Below, one piece after another: positions 52,353 to 64,000 of a stretch of DNA of 64,000 bases; the stretch's first letter is position 1, and the number at the start of each line of letters is the position of its first letter. Both the position numbers and the translations under genes were made by a program. The stretch is from Eledone cirrhosa (Eukaryota), in NCBI GenBank assembly GCA_964016885.1, contig OZ024760.1:8370001-8434000 (forward strand), written 5' to 3'. A model generated the notes under the pieces. That model saw nothing but the letters and a program-made list of their open reading frames with translations. It did not search any database and had not been told where the DNA came from.

Positions 52353-52691
52353 TCAACTGTTTTTCTTTTCTCCTGATTGAGGTCCATATGTGGAAATAAC
52401 TGTTACACACACACACAGACACACACACATTTTTAACCCTTTAGCATTTACATTACTCTCATCATCATCATCACCACCATTTTACGTCCGTTCTTCCACG
52501 CTTAGCATGGGTTAGACGGGTTGTCCTGTTGTGGGCAGTGTCTGGTCGGCTGACACTGGATATAATCTACCGGTTTTTTACCACTATATCAAGGGTTGGA
52601 CGGGTCGGGTCCTATTCAGCACAGCATTCTATGTCATATACAAAATTGGGTTAAATCCATATTTTCATTAAATATGAATTTAACCTAATTT

Positions 52692-53120
<429 letters not shown>

Positions 53121-53169
53121 TATATATAAATAGATATATATATATATATATATATATATAGATGTTGTT

Positions 53170-53402
53170 TACTCGAGAGAAGGCTACGTTGGTACGGTCA
53201 CGTGATGCGCATGAAAGACGACAGCTGTATAACAAAGTGCAGGGCAATAAAGATAGACGGTAGCCACGGAGTAGGCAGACCCAGAAAAACATGGGACGAG
53301 CTGATAAATTCCGACCTCACACGCTTACACCTCTCCAAGACAATGTCACTGGACCGAGACCTTTGGCGGTACTCAGTAATAGAGAAGACCCGCCTTACCT
53401 AA
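53170..53402 (+). mobile_element. RTE LINE 3' fragment
   Basis: RLRWYGHVMRMKDDSCITKC..GRPRKTWDELI..EKTRLT*. Confidence 0.85.
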
Positions 53403-53512
53403 ATACAAAGTAAAAACCTACTACAGTCAGTAGGCATCTCTATCAAAACACACCCCCCGTCCCACCACCTCCACCCCACCCACACCGCCCCTTTCAATGT
53501 AAAGTTATGTTG

Positions 53513-53911
53513 GTCCCACAACATCCAGGCCGAAACAAATGAGATCGTGTAGGTGTCACGACAAAAAACACACAGTCCACGCTGTAAATGTGGCCGTGTA
53601 GGCAACACGGTAAAAACCTCCCAGCCCCACACTGTAAATGTGGTTGGTGTTAGGAAGGGCATCCAGCTGTAGAAAACCCGCCAGACAGTCCACGCTGTAA
53701 TGTGGCCGTGTAGGCAACACGGTAAAAACCTCCCAGCCCCACACTGTAAATGTGGTTGGTGTTAGGAAGGGCATCCAACTGTAGAAAACCCGCCAGACAG
53801 TCCTATGCGAGCAAGACAACCACTCTTGCCTCAAGTGGAAAAACCCCCGTCCAAACCCATGCAAGCGTGGAACACGGACGCTAAACCTGATGATGATGAT
53901 GATGATGATGA
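53513..53911 (+). mobile_element. Young SINE-tail element, twin of 13249-13662
   Basis: Near-identical sequence, including the internal duplication. Confidence 0.85.
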
Positions 53912-53934
53912 TATATATATATATATATATATAT

Positions 53935-54128
53935 ATAGGAACGAGTAGGACCCCGACGGCTGAGCTCAAGCCGTTTCGACGGCTAATTCTGGACCAGAAT
54001 TAGACGTCGAAACGGCTTGAGCTCAGCCGTCGGGGTCCTACTCGTTCCTATTACCCACTCTACTACCCTAAGTATTGAGTACTTTGGTGCGTTATGGTCC
54101 ACCTGGTTCCTTACCACATTTCCTTCGT
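53935..54128 (+). mobile_element. TA-flanked palindromic element carrying the 3' half of a GUC hammerhead (copy 1)
   Basis: 58-bp arms around base 53993 with one mismatch; each arm contains GAAA CGGCT-tgagctc-AGCCG TC^GGGGTC; a ~77-bp tail is shared with copy 2. Confidence 0.75.
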
Positions 54129-54145
54129 TATATATATATATATAT

Positions 54146-54418
54146 GATGTGTTGTTTCCTTGAGCAAGACACTTTATTTCACATTGCTCCAGTTTACTCA
54201 GCTGTAGAAATGAGATGATAGGGACTGAGGTCCCTAAAATTCCACTGCAAAGTGGTCGTGGAGGTGCCACGGCAAAAAAGCACCCAGCACTCACTGTAAA
54301 TGAGGTTGGTGTTAGGAAGGGCATCCAGCTGTAGAAATCAAGCCAGAATCAGTTCCCGCCCCACCCTTGCAAGCAGGGAAAAGTGGACGTAAAATGAAAT
54401 GATGATGAATGATGATGA
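54146..54418 (+). mobile_element. 5'-truncated SINE A
   Basis: Begins in the CORE-like domain and ends in (tga)n. Confidence 0.85.
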
Positions 54419-54437
54419 TATATATATACACACACAT

Positions 54438-54482
54438 AGGGCTTTCCTGATGATTTCCTTTGAATGAAATAGTTCTAGTCCT
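54438..54482 (+). ncRNA. Hammerhead-like motif; an inverted partial copy lies at 55020-55063
   Basis: agggctttc CTGATGA tTTC-cttt-GAAt GAAA tagttc tagtcct; stems are weak. Confidence 0.4.
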
Positions 54483-54593
54483 GTAGAAGCCATTTCTATA
54501 TTAAATCTTGTATATACTCTACTGTATTGAGCACCTTACTAACTGTGGTTACTCCTCATTGAACCTGATACGCACAAACACAAGTGTGTGAGC

Positions 54594-54624
<31 letters not shown>

Positions 54625-54644
54625 CGTGCGTGAGTGAGTGAGTG

Positions 54645-54712
<68 letters not shown>

Positions 54713-55061
54713 TGCGTGTGAGTGTGTGTGTGTGTGTTTATGTGCCATAAGATAGCAAGTCAACAGAGAACAATAAAATAAGTCCCTGACATGGAAAATA
54801 TAAACCTTGATAATAATCAACTAAAACCCAATTAAGGAAGTGCTCCAGCATAGCTTAGTCTCACTTCGACACACAGACATAAAGGTGTTCTGGCATAGCT
54901 GCAGTCTCAATGTATATATATACATACATACACTCACATATACATACATACATACATATGTACATACACACACAACATTATATATATATATACATATATA
55001 TATAGTTTTAATATAGATGAGATTCTACAGGACTAGAACTGTTTCATTCTTTAGAAATCAT

Positions 55062-55093
<32 letters not shown>

Positions 55094-55098
<5 letters not shown>

Positions 55099-55313
55099 AA
55101 CCAGTAAGACCCCGACGGCTGAGCTCAAGCCGTTTCGACGGCCGACGGCTAATTCTGGACTAAAAAAATATTTTTTAGTCCAGAATTAGCCGTCGAAACG
55201 GCTTGAGCTCAGCCGTCGGGGTCTTACTGGTTCCTATTGCCCACTCTACTACCCCAAGTATTGAGTACTTTGGTGCGTTATGGTCCACCTGGTTCCTTAC
55301 CACATTTCCTTCG

Positions 55314-55314
<1 letters not shown>
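55094..55314 (+). mobile_element. TA-flanked palindromic element carrying a half hammerhead (copy 2)
   Basis: Palindrome 55094-55237 with a longer centre (ctggactaaaaaa-ata-ttttttagtccag) and the same tail as copy 1. Confidence 0.75.
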
Positions 55315-55380
<66 letters not shown>

Positions 55381-55699
55381 AACGATCGACTTTCGTCAAA
55401 TCGGACCGAGGGAACAATGTTTCCGTTGGTCTTTCCAATTGCTAATACTATCTATCGGTCGCAACTCCAGGTAGAAGGAGCGACGTGAAATAAAGTGTCT
55501 TGCTCAAGGACATAATGCATCGCCTGGTCCAGGAATCGAACTCACAACCTTACGATTGCGAATCCAATTCTCTAACCACTCAGCCACACGCCTTCACTTA
55601 TATATATAATATATAAGTGAAGGCGTGTGGCTGATATATATATAATATATAATATATATATAATATATAAGATCAAAAGATGGTTAAAGGAGTTCCATG

Positions 55700-55770
55700 T
55701 ATTTTATTATGCGCATTTCAAAAATAAACATCATCATGCAATAATATTTGTGTTTTCATCAGATAAAACA
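55700..55770 (-). ncRNA. Type-I hammerhead ribozyme with intact core (paralogue of 40646-40716)
   Basis: Minus strand: TGTTTTAT CTGATGA [stem II, loop GCAT] GAAA TGCGCA TA^ ATAAAATA. Confidence 0.8.
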
Positions 55771-56051
55771 GGAGAACCATCTTTTGATCTTATATATTAT
55801 GTATACTCCAGTCCTACAAACTGTAGAGTGCTTCTTATCCGATATCTGCATTGCTTTATTGTACTACAATAAAACTCACCTCCTACATATATATTTAAAT
55901 ATATATATATATATATATACATGGAAAGTTATATTTAAATTGTTGGGTTACAACTAGTAAATATTTATAACTGATATAAAAGCACTCGACAAGTATTTGG
56001 AGTATATTTACGATATTAAATAAATGGAAACTATATTTATAAAACCATATT

Positions 56052-56117
56052 TATTTCATTATATATATTTCAGGGATATCATATTAACAATATGCTATGC
56101 CTTCCTCAGACAAAATA
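56052..56117 (-). ncRNA. Hammerhead ribozyme in the left arm of the inverted repeat
   Basis: Minus strand: TATTTTGT CTGAGGA aggcatagcatatt-gtt-aatatgatatccct GAAA TATATA TA^ ATGAAATA. Confidence 0.75.
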
Positions 56118-56278
56118 CAATATAAAATAAACAGTTTTATAGATAAATAGATTTGACATACCGTACAACATCGACTTGTATTTGAAAAGTTGAACTGCCA
56201 ATTCAACTTTTCAAATACAAGTCGATGTTGTACGGTATGTCAAATCTATTTATCTATAAAACTGTTTATTTTATATTG

Positions 56279-56344
56279 TATTTTGTCTGAGGAAGGCATA
56301 CCATATTTTTAATATGATATCCCTGAAATATATATAATGAAATA
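56279..56344 (+). ncRNA. Hammerhead ribozyme in the right arm of the inverted repeat
   Basis: TATTTTGT CTGAGGA aggcataccatatt-ttt-aatatgatatccct GAAA TATATA TA^ ATGAAATA. Confidence 0.75.
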
Positions 56345-56731
56345 AATATGGTTTTATAAATATAGTTTCCATTTATTCAATATCGTATATATATATATAT
56401 ATATATATTATTGTTAAGAGGCAGCGATGGTGACGCTTATTCATTGTTTTCGCCAACAACCCCCCCCCCCCCATGTACATATGGATGTAAATGGAAATTG
56501 CCTTATTACTGGCACTAGAATCGAAACTGGGTCACCACCCACCACCTACCACCTACCACCAGCCGACCCACCCACCATCCTTATATCCAGCCATCCCAGT
56601 TCCAATCTAGCCCACTATTGATTATTTTCCTTCAAGCATGCACCAGGTCCACTCACTCCGCCACTCAGTTATAGAGCAATAAAAAAAAAAAAAAAAAAAA
56701 ATCTAGAATTTTTACTGTGTTTATATAGGTT

Positions 56732-57000
56732 ACCGCCGCCGCCGCGCCACTGCGACGACCACCACCACCACCGCCACTGCGACCACCACCACCACCACTA
56801 CCGCCGCTGCTGCTGCTGCTGCGACCACCACCACCGCCGCCGCCGCTGCGACCACCACCACCACCACCACCACCACCGCCGCCACTGCGACCACCACCAC
56901 CACCACCACCACCACCACCGCCACTGCGACCACCACCACCACCACCGCCACTGTGACCACCACCACCACCACCACCACCACTGCGACCACCACCACCATC
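56732..57000. repeat. (CAC/CGC)n mosaic
   Basis: Seen directly. Confidence 0.9.
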
Positions 57001-57144
57001 CCATCGTCCTAATTTCTCTCACTTCTTTCCAACACTTATTAATAGCATTAAAAAAAAAAGACAAAGAAAACCAAGAAAAAGAAGGCCACCAATGAATGCC
57101 AGCCACCATCTCCATCTCTCTACATCAATGAATTTTATTAAGTG

Positions 57145-57545
57145 CGTGGGTGGTGGGACAACATGCTTTGCAAGTATATAGTTACGGCCCTTTACGTTCT
57201 GAGCTCAAATTCCGCCGTTGTTAACTTTGTCTTTCATCCTTGTGGGGTTAATAAAATAAAGCCCCCCCCCCCCCCGTAAGGCATCCCCCTCTCCTCCCCT
57301 CCCCTCCCCTAAAATTCTTGGCCTTGTACCAAAATCCATTAACAGTATTATTGGTGAACTGGCAGTAGAGTGTTGGACAACATGCTTTATGGCATTTAGT
57401 TACGTCCCTTTACGTTCTGCGTTCACATCCAGCCAAGGTTAGCTTTTTGTCTTTCATCTTTACGAGGGTCGATAAAATAAAGTACCAGTAATGTACTGGG
57501 TGGGTAATTGCTGGCCTTGTGCCAAAAGTAGAAACATTTATTATT
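57145..57545 (+). mobile_element. Two tandem diverged SINE B copies
   Basis: The head plus Nin-like domain occurs twice. Confidence 0.7.
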
Positions 57546-57651
57546 ACAGGATAAATAATCTAGTTTTAGAACCATTGAGCAAGTGACAAATTTTAATTAT
57601 ATTTTCATGGTAAAAGCTTTACCTCACATAATATTGAATCTATGAGATATA

Positions 57652-57915
57652 ATCATCATCATCATCATCACCGTTTTACGTCCGTTCTTCCACGCTAGCA
57701 TGGGTTAGACGGGTTGTCCTGTTGTGGGCAGTGTCTGGTCGGCTGACCATGCCTTGCTCATACAGGAACTGATTTGGCTTGATTCCTACAGCTGGATGCC
57801 CTTCCTAACACCAACCTCATTTACAGTGAGTGCTGGGTGCTTTTTCGTGGTGCCTACACGTCCACTTTACAGTGTGGGCTGGGTGCTTTTTTGCCGTGGC
57901 ACCTCCACGACCACC
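57652..57915 (-). mobile_element. SINE 3' part with two copies of the ~48-bp unit
   Basis: Alternative tail; duplicated gctgggtgctttt..gtgg..cct unit. Confidence 0.75.
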
Positions 57916-58032
57916 TTGCGGTGGGGGGTGTGGGGGCATATTGTCTATATGCTTCAGCTTGTACCCATGGGAGGTCGGGTACTCTGTATTACTGCGTGAC
58001 GCCAGAAGTCACGGTCGTGTGTCATTATTGAA

Positions 58033-58215
58033 TGGATTGGCAGTATCGGTAGAGGGTCGGACGCCATGCTTTCCAGCATAGTTACGTCCCTTTACCATCT
58101 GAGTTCAAATCCCGCCGAGGTTGACTTTGCCTTTCATCCTTACGGGGTCGATAAAATAAAGTACCAGTAATGCCCTGGTAATTGCTGGCCTTGTGCCTAA
58201 AGTAGAAACAATTAT
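58033..58215 (+). mobile_element. SINE B copy (another at 58583-58785)
   Basis: Near-consensus head, Nin-like domain and tail. Confidence 0.85.
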
Positions 58216-58819
58216 TGAATATATTTGATATTATTTAGTTTGAGAACAATACCTTAACATAAGTATGAGCAGCCAGTTTGAACAGTGAGCGGTGAGAGAA
58301 TTCTGGCAGGTTAAAGTTAACAGCTCCAACACATTTTTAACTATAAGAAATAGTTGGGCTGTATATGACGATCTTCCTTAAAGTTTCCACCTTCCAAATT
58401 CATTCACAAAGCATTGGTTGGCCCAAGACTCGAGAAGACACTTGCTTCAGATGCCATACAGTGTGGGATGGAACCCCAAAACCACGTAGTTATGAAATCA
58501 ACTTCTTAACCCTGCCAGACAAACCTGTGTCGAATCTATAGTCTATAGTTTAGTATATATTATTATTATTATAAAATCAAATAGGGCGGTGGATTGGCAG
58601 TATCGGTAGAGGGTTGGACGCCATGCTTTCCAGCATAGTTACGTCCCTTTACGATCTGAGTTCAAATCCTGCCGAGGTTGACTTTGCCTTTCATCCTTAC
58701 GGGGTCGATAAAATAAAGTACCAGTGTTGCAAATAAAGTACCAGTAATGCACTGAGATAATTGCCTAAAGTAGAAACAATTATTATAAAATCAAAGATAA
58801 ATTTCATGTTGATATGGTG

Positions 58820-59120
58820 GCCCCTCTGAGGAAGAAGCCCTGCGAGGTGGGGTGGCTGTTGCAGCGGATGTCACTGGCCATTGTCTACGGGAATGCTTTT
58901 GCGGTCTTGTCTGTGTGGTGCAGCCCCTTTACTGCCGCGCCCTAGGCCCAGAGCCCAATCCCCTTCACCATTCCTCTATGACACTAGAGCCCTTGCCATT
59001 CTCTGCCTTTTCCATTTTTTCTTCTTTATATTTTCTTACTTTACATTCTATTCTTTCTTCTTAATCTAAATTTTCTTTTTCTATTAAACTGTATTTACAT
59101 GATATATTCCATAAATAAAT
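58820..59120 (+). mobile_element. Second CRE-like LINE 3' end
   Basis: PCEVGWLLQRMSLAIVYGNAFAVLS motif followed by a T-rich 3' UTR. Confidence 0.6.
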
Positions 59121-60072
59121 ATATATGAATATGATTGAGTAAATATCCCATTTAAGCTAGTAAAATGCTATCTAACTGTTATGTATGTATAGTCCGTCCC
59201 CCCATAACTCCTGATAGAGTTGTAGGGGTGCCATATTGACAGTTGTAGGGGTGCCATATTGGCATTTTAAGCATGGCAGAGCCCATCCCTCTCCAGGCCA
59301 GGGTACAGCAGATTTCTTCCAGAGAAAGATAGAAGGTGAGAGAGGAAAATGAGAAAGATATAGAAGAAGAATCCACTAGACTGGCACTTGTTTTTTTATC
59401 AACCTCAAAAGGATGGAAGGCAAAGTTGACACCTAACAATAGGGGCTCCAAATTTTATAAGTATATACTAGTTAAGCTAGAAGATATATTGGCCTTTAAA
59501 CCTTTTGGGGTCAAAAGTGTACATTTTATTACAAGAGAATTTACTCACTGAAAATATTTATGGGTCACAACTGTTGGGGACATGATCCCTAATGAAAAAA
59601 GAAAAATCAGCAGCAAGGGTAATGGATGGAAGGAAGAGTAAAGAAAAACTACCTCTCACTTCTACACTAACAATGAGGATGTCACCAATATTTAAGGGGT
59701 CATTTCATTCCCACACACATACACACATGCGAGTGTGTATAAAAACATATATATGCATGTGTGCATATATATATATATATATATACACACACATGTATAT
59801 TTACATATACATACATATATACATATAGATACATATATATATATATATATATATATAAATATATTAATATACATACATATACATATATACATATACATAT
59901 AAATATATTAATATACATACATACACATATACATACATACATATATATATTCATATATACACATATATTCATATATACATGTATATAAATAAATATATAT
60001 ATATATTCATGTGTATAAATATATATATATATATATACATGTGTATAAATATGTATATGTATATACATGTAT

Positions 60073-60297
60073 ATCATCATCATCATCATCATCATCGTTT
60101 AATATCTATCTTCCACGCTAGCATGGGTTTAGACAGGAATTGTCCCACTTGAGGCAAGATTGGTCGGGTGACCATGTCTCGCTCGTATAGGACTGTCTGG
60201 CAGGCTTTCTACGGCTGGATGCCCTTCCTAACACCAACCACGTTTACAGTGTGGACTGGGAGGTTTTTACTGTGTTACCTACACGGCCACATTACAG
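60073..60297 (-). mobile_element. 5'-truncated SINE, alternative tail
   Basis: Related to the 13249 and 14140 types. Confidence 0.75.
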
Positions 60298-60379
60298 CTT
60301 GGCAGAGTTTAATGAGAAAGGACAGCAATGTGTTCAGCTATGGCGGAACCACATCTAGCCAAGCTTTGTAACTGACACT

Positions 60380-61380
60380 CTAGAGAACACAAGATGAAGT
60401 TATTGATGAGAGACCACATCATGTCAGGTGACTTCAATGGACATGTTGGACAGTACCAAGATGGATTCACTAGAGTTCATGGCGGATATATGGTTATGGC
60501 TCAAGAAATAAAGAAGGAGTGAGGCTCCTGGAATTCTGTGATGCAAATGAACTAACCATTTGTAACAATAATTTCAGCCATATTGATTTCTCACTAGTAA
60601 GACAATGAAACATAAACCGTGGAGAAAAATGTAAGTTAGTTATTAGTGACATCAGAATAAATACAAGACAGAAGATACACAGGAAAATGTAGAGCCGGGG
60701 GGTTTGGAAACTAAAGGGCCCTTCTGTTAAACATCAGTTTCAAAAGGCTCAACAGGATGCATATAATGAGAAAAAAACTAGTTAAATACATATGACGTGG
60801 AGGACAATTGGAAATTCTTATGTGAAAACTTACTACAGACTACTGAAACAACTTGCCAGACAGAGGGTGACCAGAGGGTGACCTGGTGGTGGAATAGCAA
60901 TGGATAGAGCTATTAAGGCCAAGAAACAGGTGTGGAAAGACTGAAAAAATGGGGGCATTAGAGACCAGTACCAGGTAGCTATGTGAGAAGCTAAACAACA
61001 AGTATACATAGCATATAAAGAGGCTGAAAGAGGTTTGTCAATGTCCTGAGATGCGAGGATATCCACATTACAAGGCAAACTGTCAGTGTAAATCAGGATT
61101 GGGGAAAAGTGTGCTCAAAATGACACCGGTGCACAAAGAAACAGGCCTGGAAATGTTACTATGAAAGTCTGATGAATGTGAAGAGTGTGTGGAGGGAGAC
61201 TGCCACCAAATGACCCAACAGGAACCAGCTGTTGAAATTGACAGGTACAGGGTCAAAGCAATCAAGGCGATGAAGAATGGTAAAGCTGCAGGATTGTCTG
61301 AGATAGTCGCTGAGATGCAGAAGGCATCAGAGAGAAGTAGGAGTTGAACTAGTCACTGACAGTATCAGGTAATACAGGTC
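60380..61380 (+). mobile_element. Heavily decayed RTE LINE (AP endonuclease to pre-RT region)
   Basis: GDFNGHVG, GYGSRNKEGVRLLEFCDANELTICN, AIKAMKNGKAAG..EIVAEM. Confidence 0.8.
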
Positions 61381-61388
61381 AGGCCCAT

Positions 61389-61999
61389 ACGTCCGCTTTT
61401 CCCTGCTTGCAAGGGTGGGATGGGGACTGATTCTGGCTTGATTTCTACAGCTGGATGCCCTTCCTAACACCAACCTCATTTACAGTGAGTGCTGGGTGCT
61501 TTTTTGCCGTGGCACCTACACTATCCACTTTTACAGTGTGGGCTGGGTGCTTTTTTGCCGTGGCGCCTACACTATCCACTTTTACAGTGATTGCTGGGTG
61601 CTTTTTTGCCGTGGCGCCTACACTATCCACTTTTACAGTGATTGCTGGGTGCTGTTTTGCCGTGGCACCTACACTATCCACTTTTACAGTGATTGCTGGG
61701 TGCTGTTTTGCCGTGGCGCCTACACTATCCACTTTTACAGTGATTGCTGGGTGCTGTTTTGCCGTGGCGCCTACACTATCCACTTTTACAGTGATTGCTG
61801 GGTGCTGTTTTGCCGTGGCACCTACACTATCCACTTTTACAGTGATTGCTGGGTGCTGTTTTGCCGTGGCGCCTACACTATCCACTTTTACAGTGATTGC
61901 TGGGTGCTGTTTTGCCGTGGCGCCTACACTATCCACTTTTACAGTGGAATGATAGGGACCCCAGTCCCTATCATCTCATTTCTACAGCTGAGTAAACTG
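61389..61999 (-). mobile_element. SINE A with a 51-bp internal unit amplified ~9 times
   Basis: The array at 61491-61945 sits between the SINE hairpin and the aggaagggcatcc motif. Confidence 0.9.
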
Positions 62000-62901
62000 T
62001 GTAAGGAAGGTATCCTGAAATTGGAGACGTGAAGCGAGTGGACTCGGCTAAAGGTACTCAATAACCAAATAGTAGCAATGAACTAGACGACTAATTCAAT
62101 TAACCATCCAAGTTATCTACTGCCGAATTTGAACCACTAACGCAATAAATGCATCGGAGCATATGACCTGACTTCCAATACATCGGAGCATATGACCCAT
62201 TCATTACACACATATACAAATACACCATTGCAAGTGGCAAATCTTTATATATACACACCCTGTATTGTAAATATTTATATAGTGTGTGCGAGTTTTGAAT
62301 GTGTTGGTGTCATGTGCACTCTATTGTTTGTAGGTGTCGGTGTATATTAATTATATACCCTATGCTGTAAATATAGAAATAATGAGAATCTAACATTCCT
62401 TCAAACCAACTACACACACACACACACACACACCTATTTAAGCATATACCTACCATTGACCGCATTATATATATATTGTGAACGAGGAAACCACTCACGC
62501 AAATTCAGCTTCGAATAATTATATATATATACATATATATATATACACACTCACACTATATATATTTTTTTCTTATGTACGTATAAACGAGTTTTTATTA
62601 CAAGTTTGTAAACAGAAAAAAAAATGTCACATGAACAGATTCGATCAGAAATTAAAGATAGTGAAAACACTATGGACACACATACACCCCTCTCACATAT
62701 ATATAATATAGAGATTCTTATATACACGCATGTCATGTGTGTGGCGCTATCTATCTATATTGTCCCTATATTGTCCCCTTTTCTTGTGCGCCCTTGTGGC
62801 TAATAAAGAAATATATCTATCGAGAGAGATGTGTGTGTGTGTCTGTATGTATGAATGAATGTTTATATATCTATATATGTAAGTGTGTGTGTATGCATGT
62901 T

Positions 62902-62946
<45 letters not shown>

Positions 62947-63689
62947 CGGAGTTTTGTGGCCATGTTGAATCAGCACCGACCACATTTTCTCTAAAATTCA
63001 GACAGGGGAATTACTAAGAAAAATAGACATCATCAACATTTTTACGTCCACTTTTCCATGTTAGCATGGGTTGGACGGGATGTTTTGAGGATGCCCTTCT
63101 TGACGCCAACACTTATGGTAGCTTCTTACGACACAAATTACATATATATATATATATTATTGAGAGAGAGAGATACTTATATATATATATATACACATAC
63201 ACTCAAAAACATACAAGCAGACATACGCGCGCAAACACTAAAATTTATACTACCCCAAACACAAACGTACAGACACACACACACAGCGATATGGTGAAGG
63301 GGAGAGGAGTGAAGGGGAGGAAGGAGTAATACAACAGAGGGGAGGGGGTAATACAAGGAAAGGGGGAAAGTAATACAACAGAAAGAAAGGATAAGGAGGG
63401 GTAATGGAAGGGGAGGGGAGGAGTGAGTAATACAACCGAAGGGAAGGAAGAGGAGGGGTATTACAAGGAAAAAGGGAGTAATAAGATTGAAGGAAGGGAG
63501 GGATGAGAAGGGGTAATACAAGGGAAAGGAAGGAGTGAGATATAAAATAGAAGGGAGGGGTAATACAAGGGAAGGGGGAGTGTAATACAACAGAGAAGAG
63601 GGATGAGGATGGTAATACAACAGGGGGAGGGACGAGGAAGGGTAATACAGGGGAGGGAGAGAGTAATACAACATAGGGGAGGATGAGGA

Positions 63690-63775
63690 GGGGGGGACGT
63701 TCTCCGCCATCTTGCTTAGCTTCTAGTTGTTTGTGGTTATAAGACTAATCACTGTTCAGTCCGCCCCACGATTAA
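63690..63775. promoter_or_regulatory. Candidate promoter or gene start
   Basis: YY1-like CCGCCATCTTG (minus strand CAAGATGGCGG) and GC box CCGCCCC in apparently unique sequence. Confidence 0.3.
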
Positions 63776-63805
63776 CACAACGTAACATACATATATATAT
63801 ATGTA

Positions 63806-63857
<52 letters not shown>

Positions 63858-64000
63858 ATGTATGTACACTTAGATAACCTCCATGTAGTTCCATGTAGTG
63901 TTTTAAAATAGCCTTTGAGGTGAAGGTAATGACAAAGTGTTATTATTCGTGTTGACTTTTGTCATGTTGCATGACTACTGTTAAAAGAAAACTATCTGCT

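Larger units (their letters stand above)
56009..56387. repeat. Large inverted repeat: 186-bp arms, 7-nt loop
   Basis: Arms 56009-56194 and 56202-56387 differ at only a few positions. Confidence 0.95.

Noticed and set aside
49083-52428. 851-aa poly-Val and 1099-aa Pro/Thr ORFs (extensin- or mucin-like)
   Set aside because: Stop-free frames of a (GGT)n mosaic with no unique domain or splice context; the same applies to 948-1505, 8195-8962 and 42368-44709.
59296-59335. Possible plus-strand micro-exon (ctctccag|...GAAG|gtgaga)
   Set aside because: No recognisable peptide or partner exons; such signals occur by chance.
63177-63710. ORF MAENVPPSSSS... with a good start context
   Set aside because: It runs immediately into GA-rich low-complexity repeat; kept only as a weak promoter candidate.

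Overview
Eukaryotic, AT-rich, very repeat-dense DNA. The SINE/LINE repertoire suggests a cephalopod (octopus-like) genome; this is an inference. Only one host protein-coding exon is well supported: a 324-bp phase 1-1 Ig-domain exon (14497-14820, minus strand) resembling Ig1 of protogenin/DCC/neogenin receptors. Almost all long ORFs in the track are translations of micro- or minisatellites. The rest is nested mobile DNA: tRNA-head CORE-like SINEs with an RTE-LINE tail, Nin-domain-like SINEs, RTE, CRE and L1/Tx1 LINE fragments, a mariner relic, and piggyBac-, hAT- and pogo-type MITEs, plus a tRNA-Arg(CCG) pseudogene. Three observations stand out. (1) A dispersed set of minimal type-I hammerhead ribozyme (HHR) motifs lies in Penelope-like terminal-repeat fragments, several with compensatory stem changes. 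(2) There are near-perfect fold-back palindromes. Two have their symmetry axis in the apparent stem-II loop of a GUC hammerhead half, and one carries two divergent complete HHRs. (3) The same internal SINE segment (~48 bp) and the same MITE segment (60 bp) have each been independently amplified into minisatellites at several sites. All calls were made by eye; no searches or folding programs were run.
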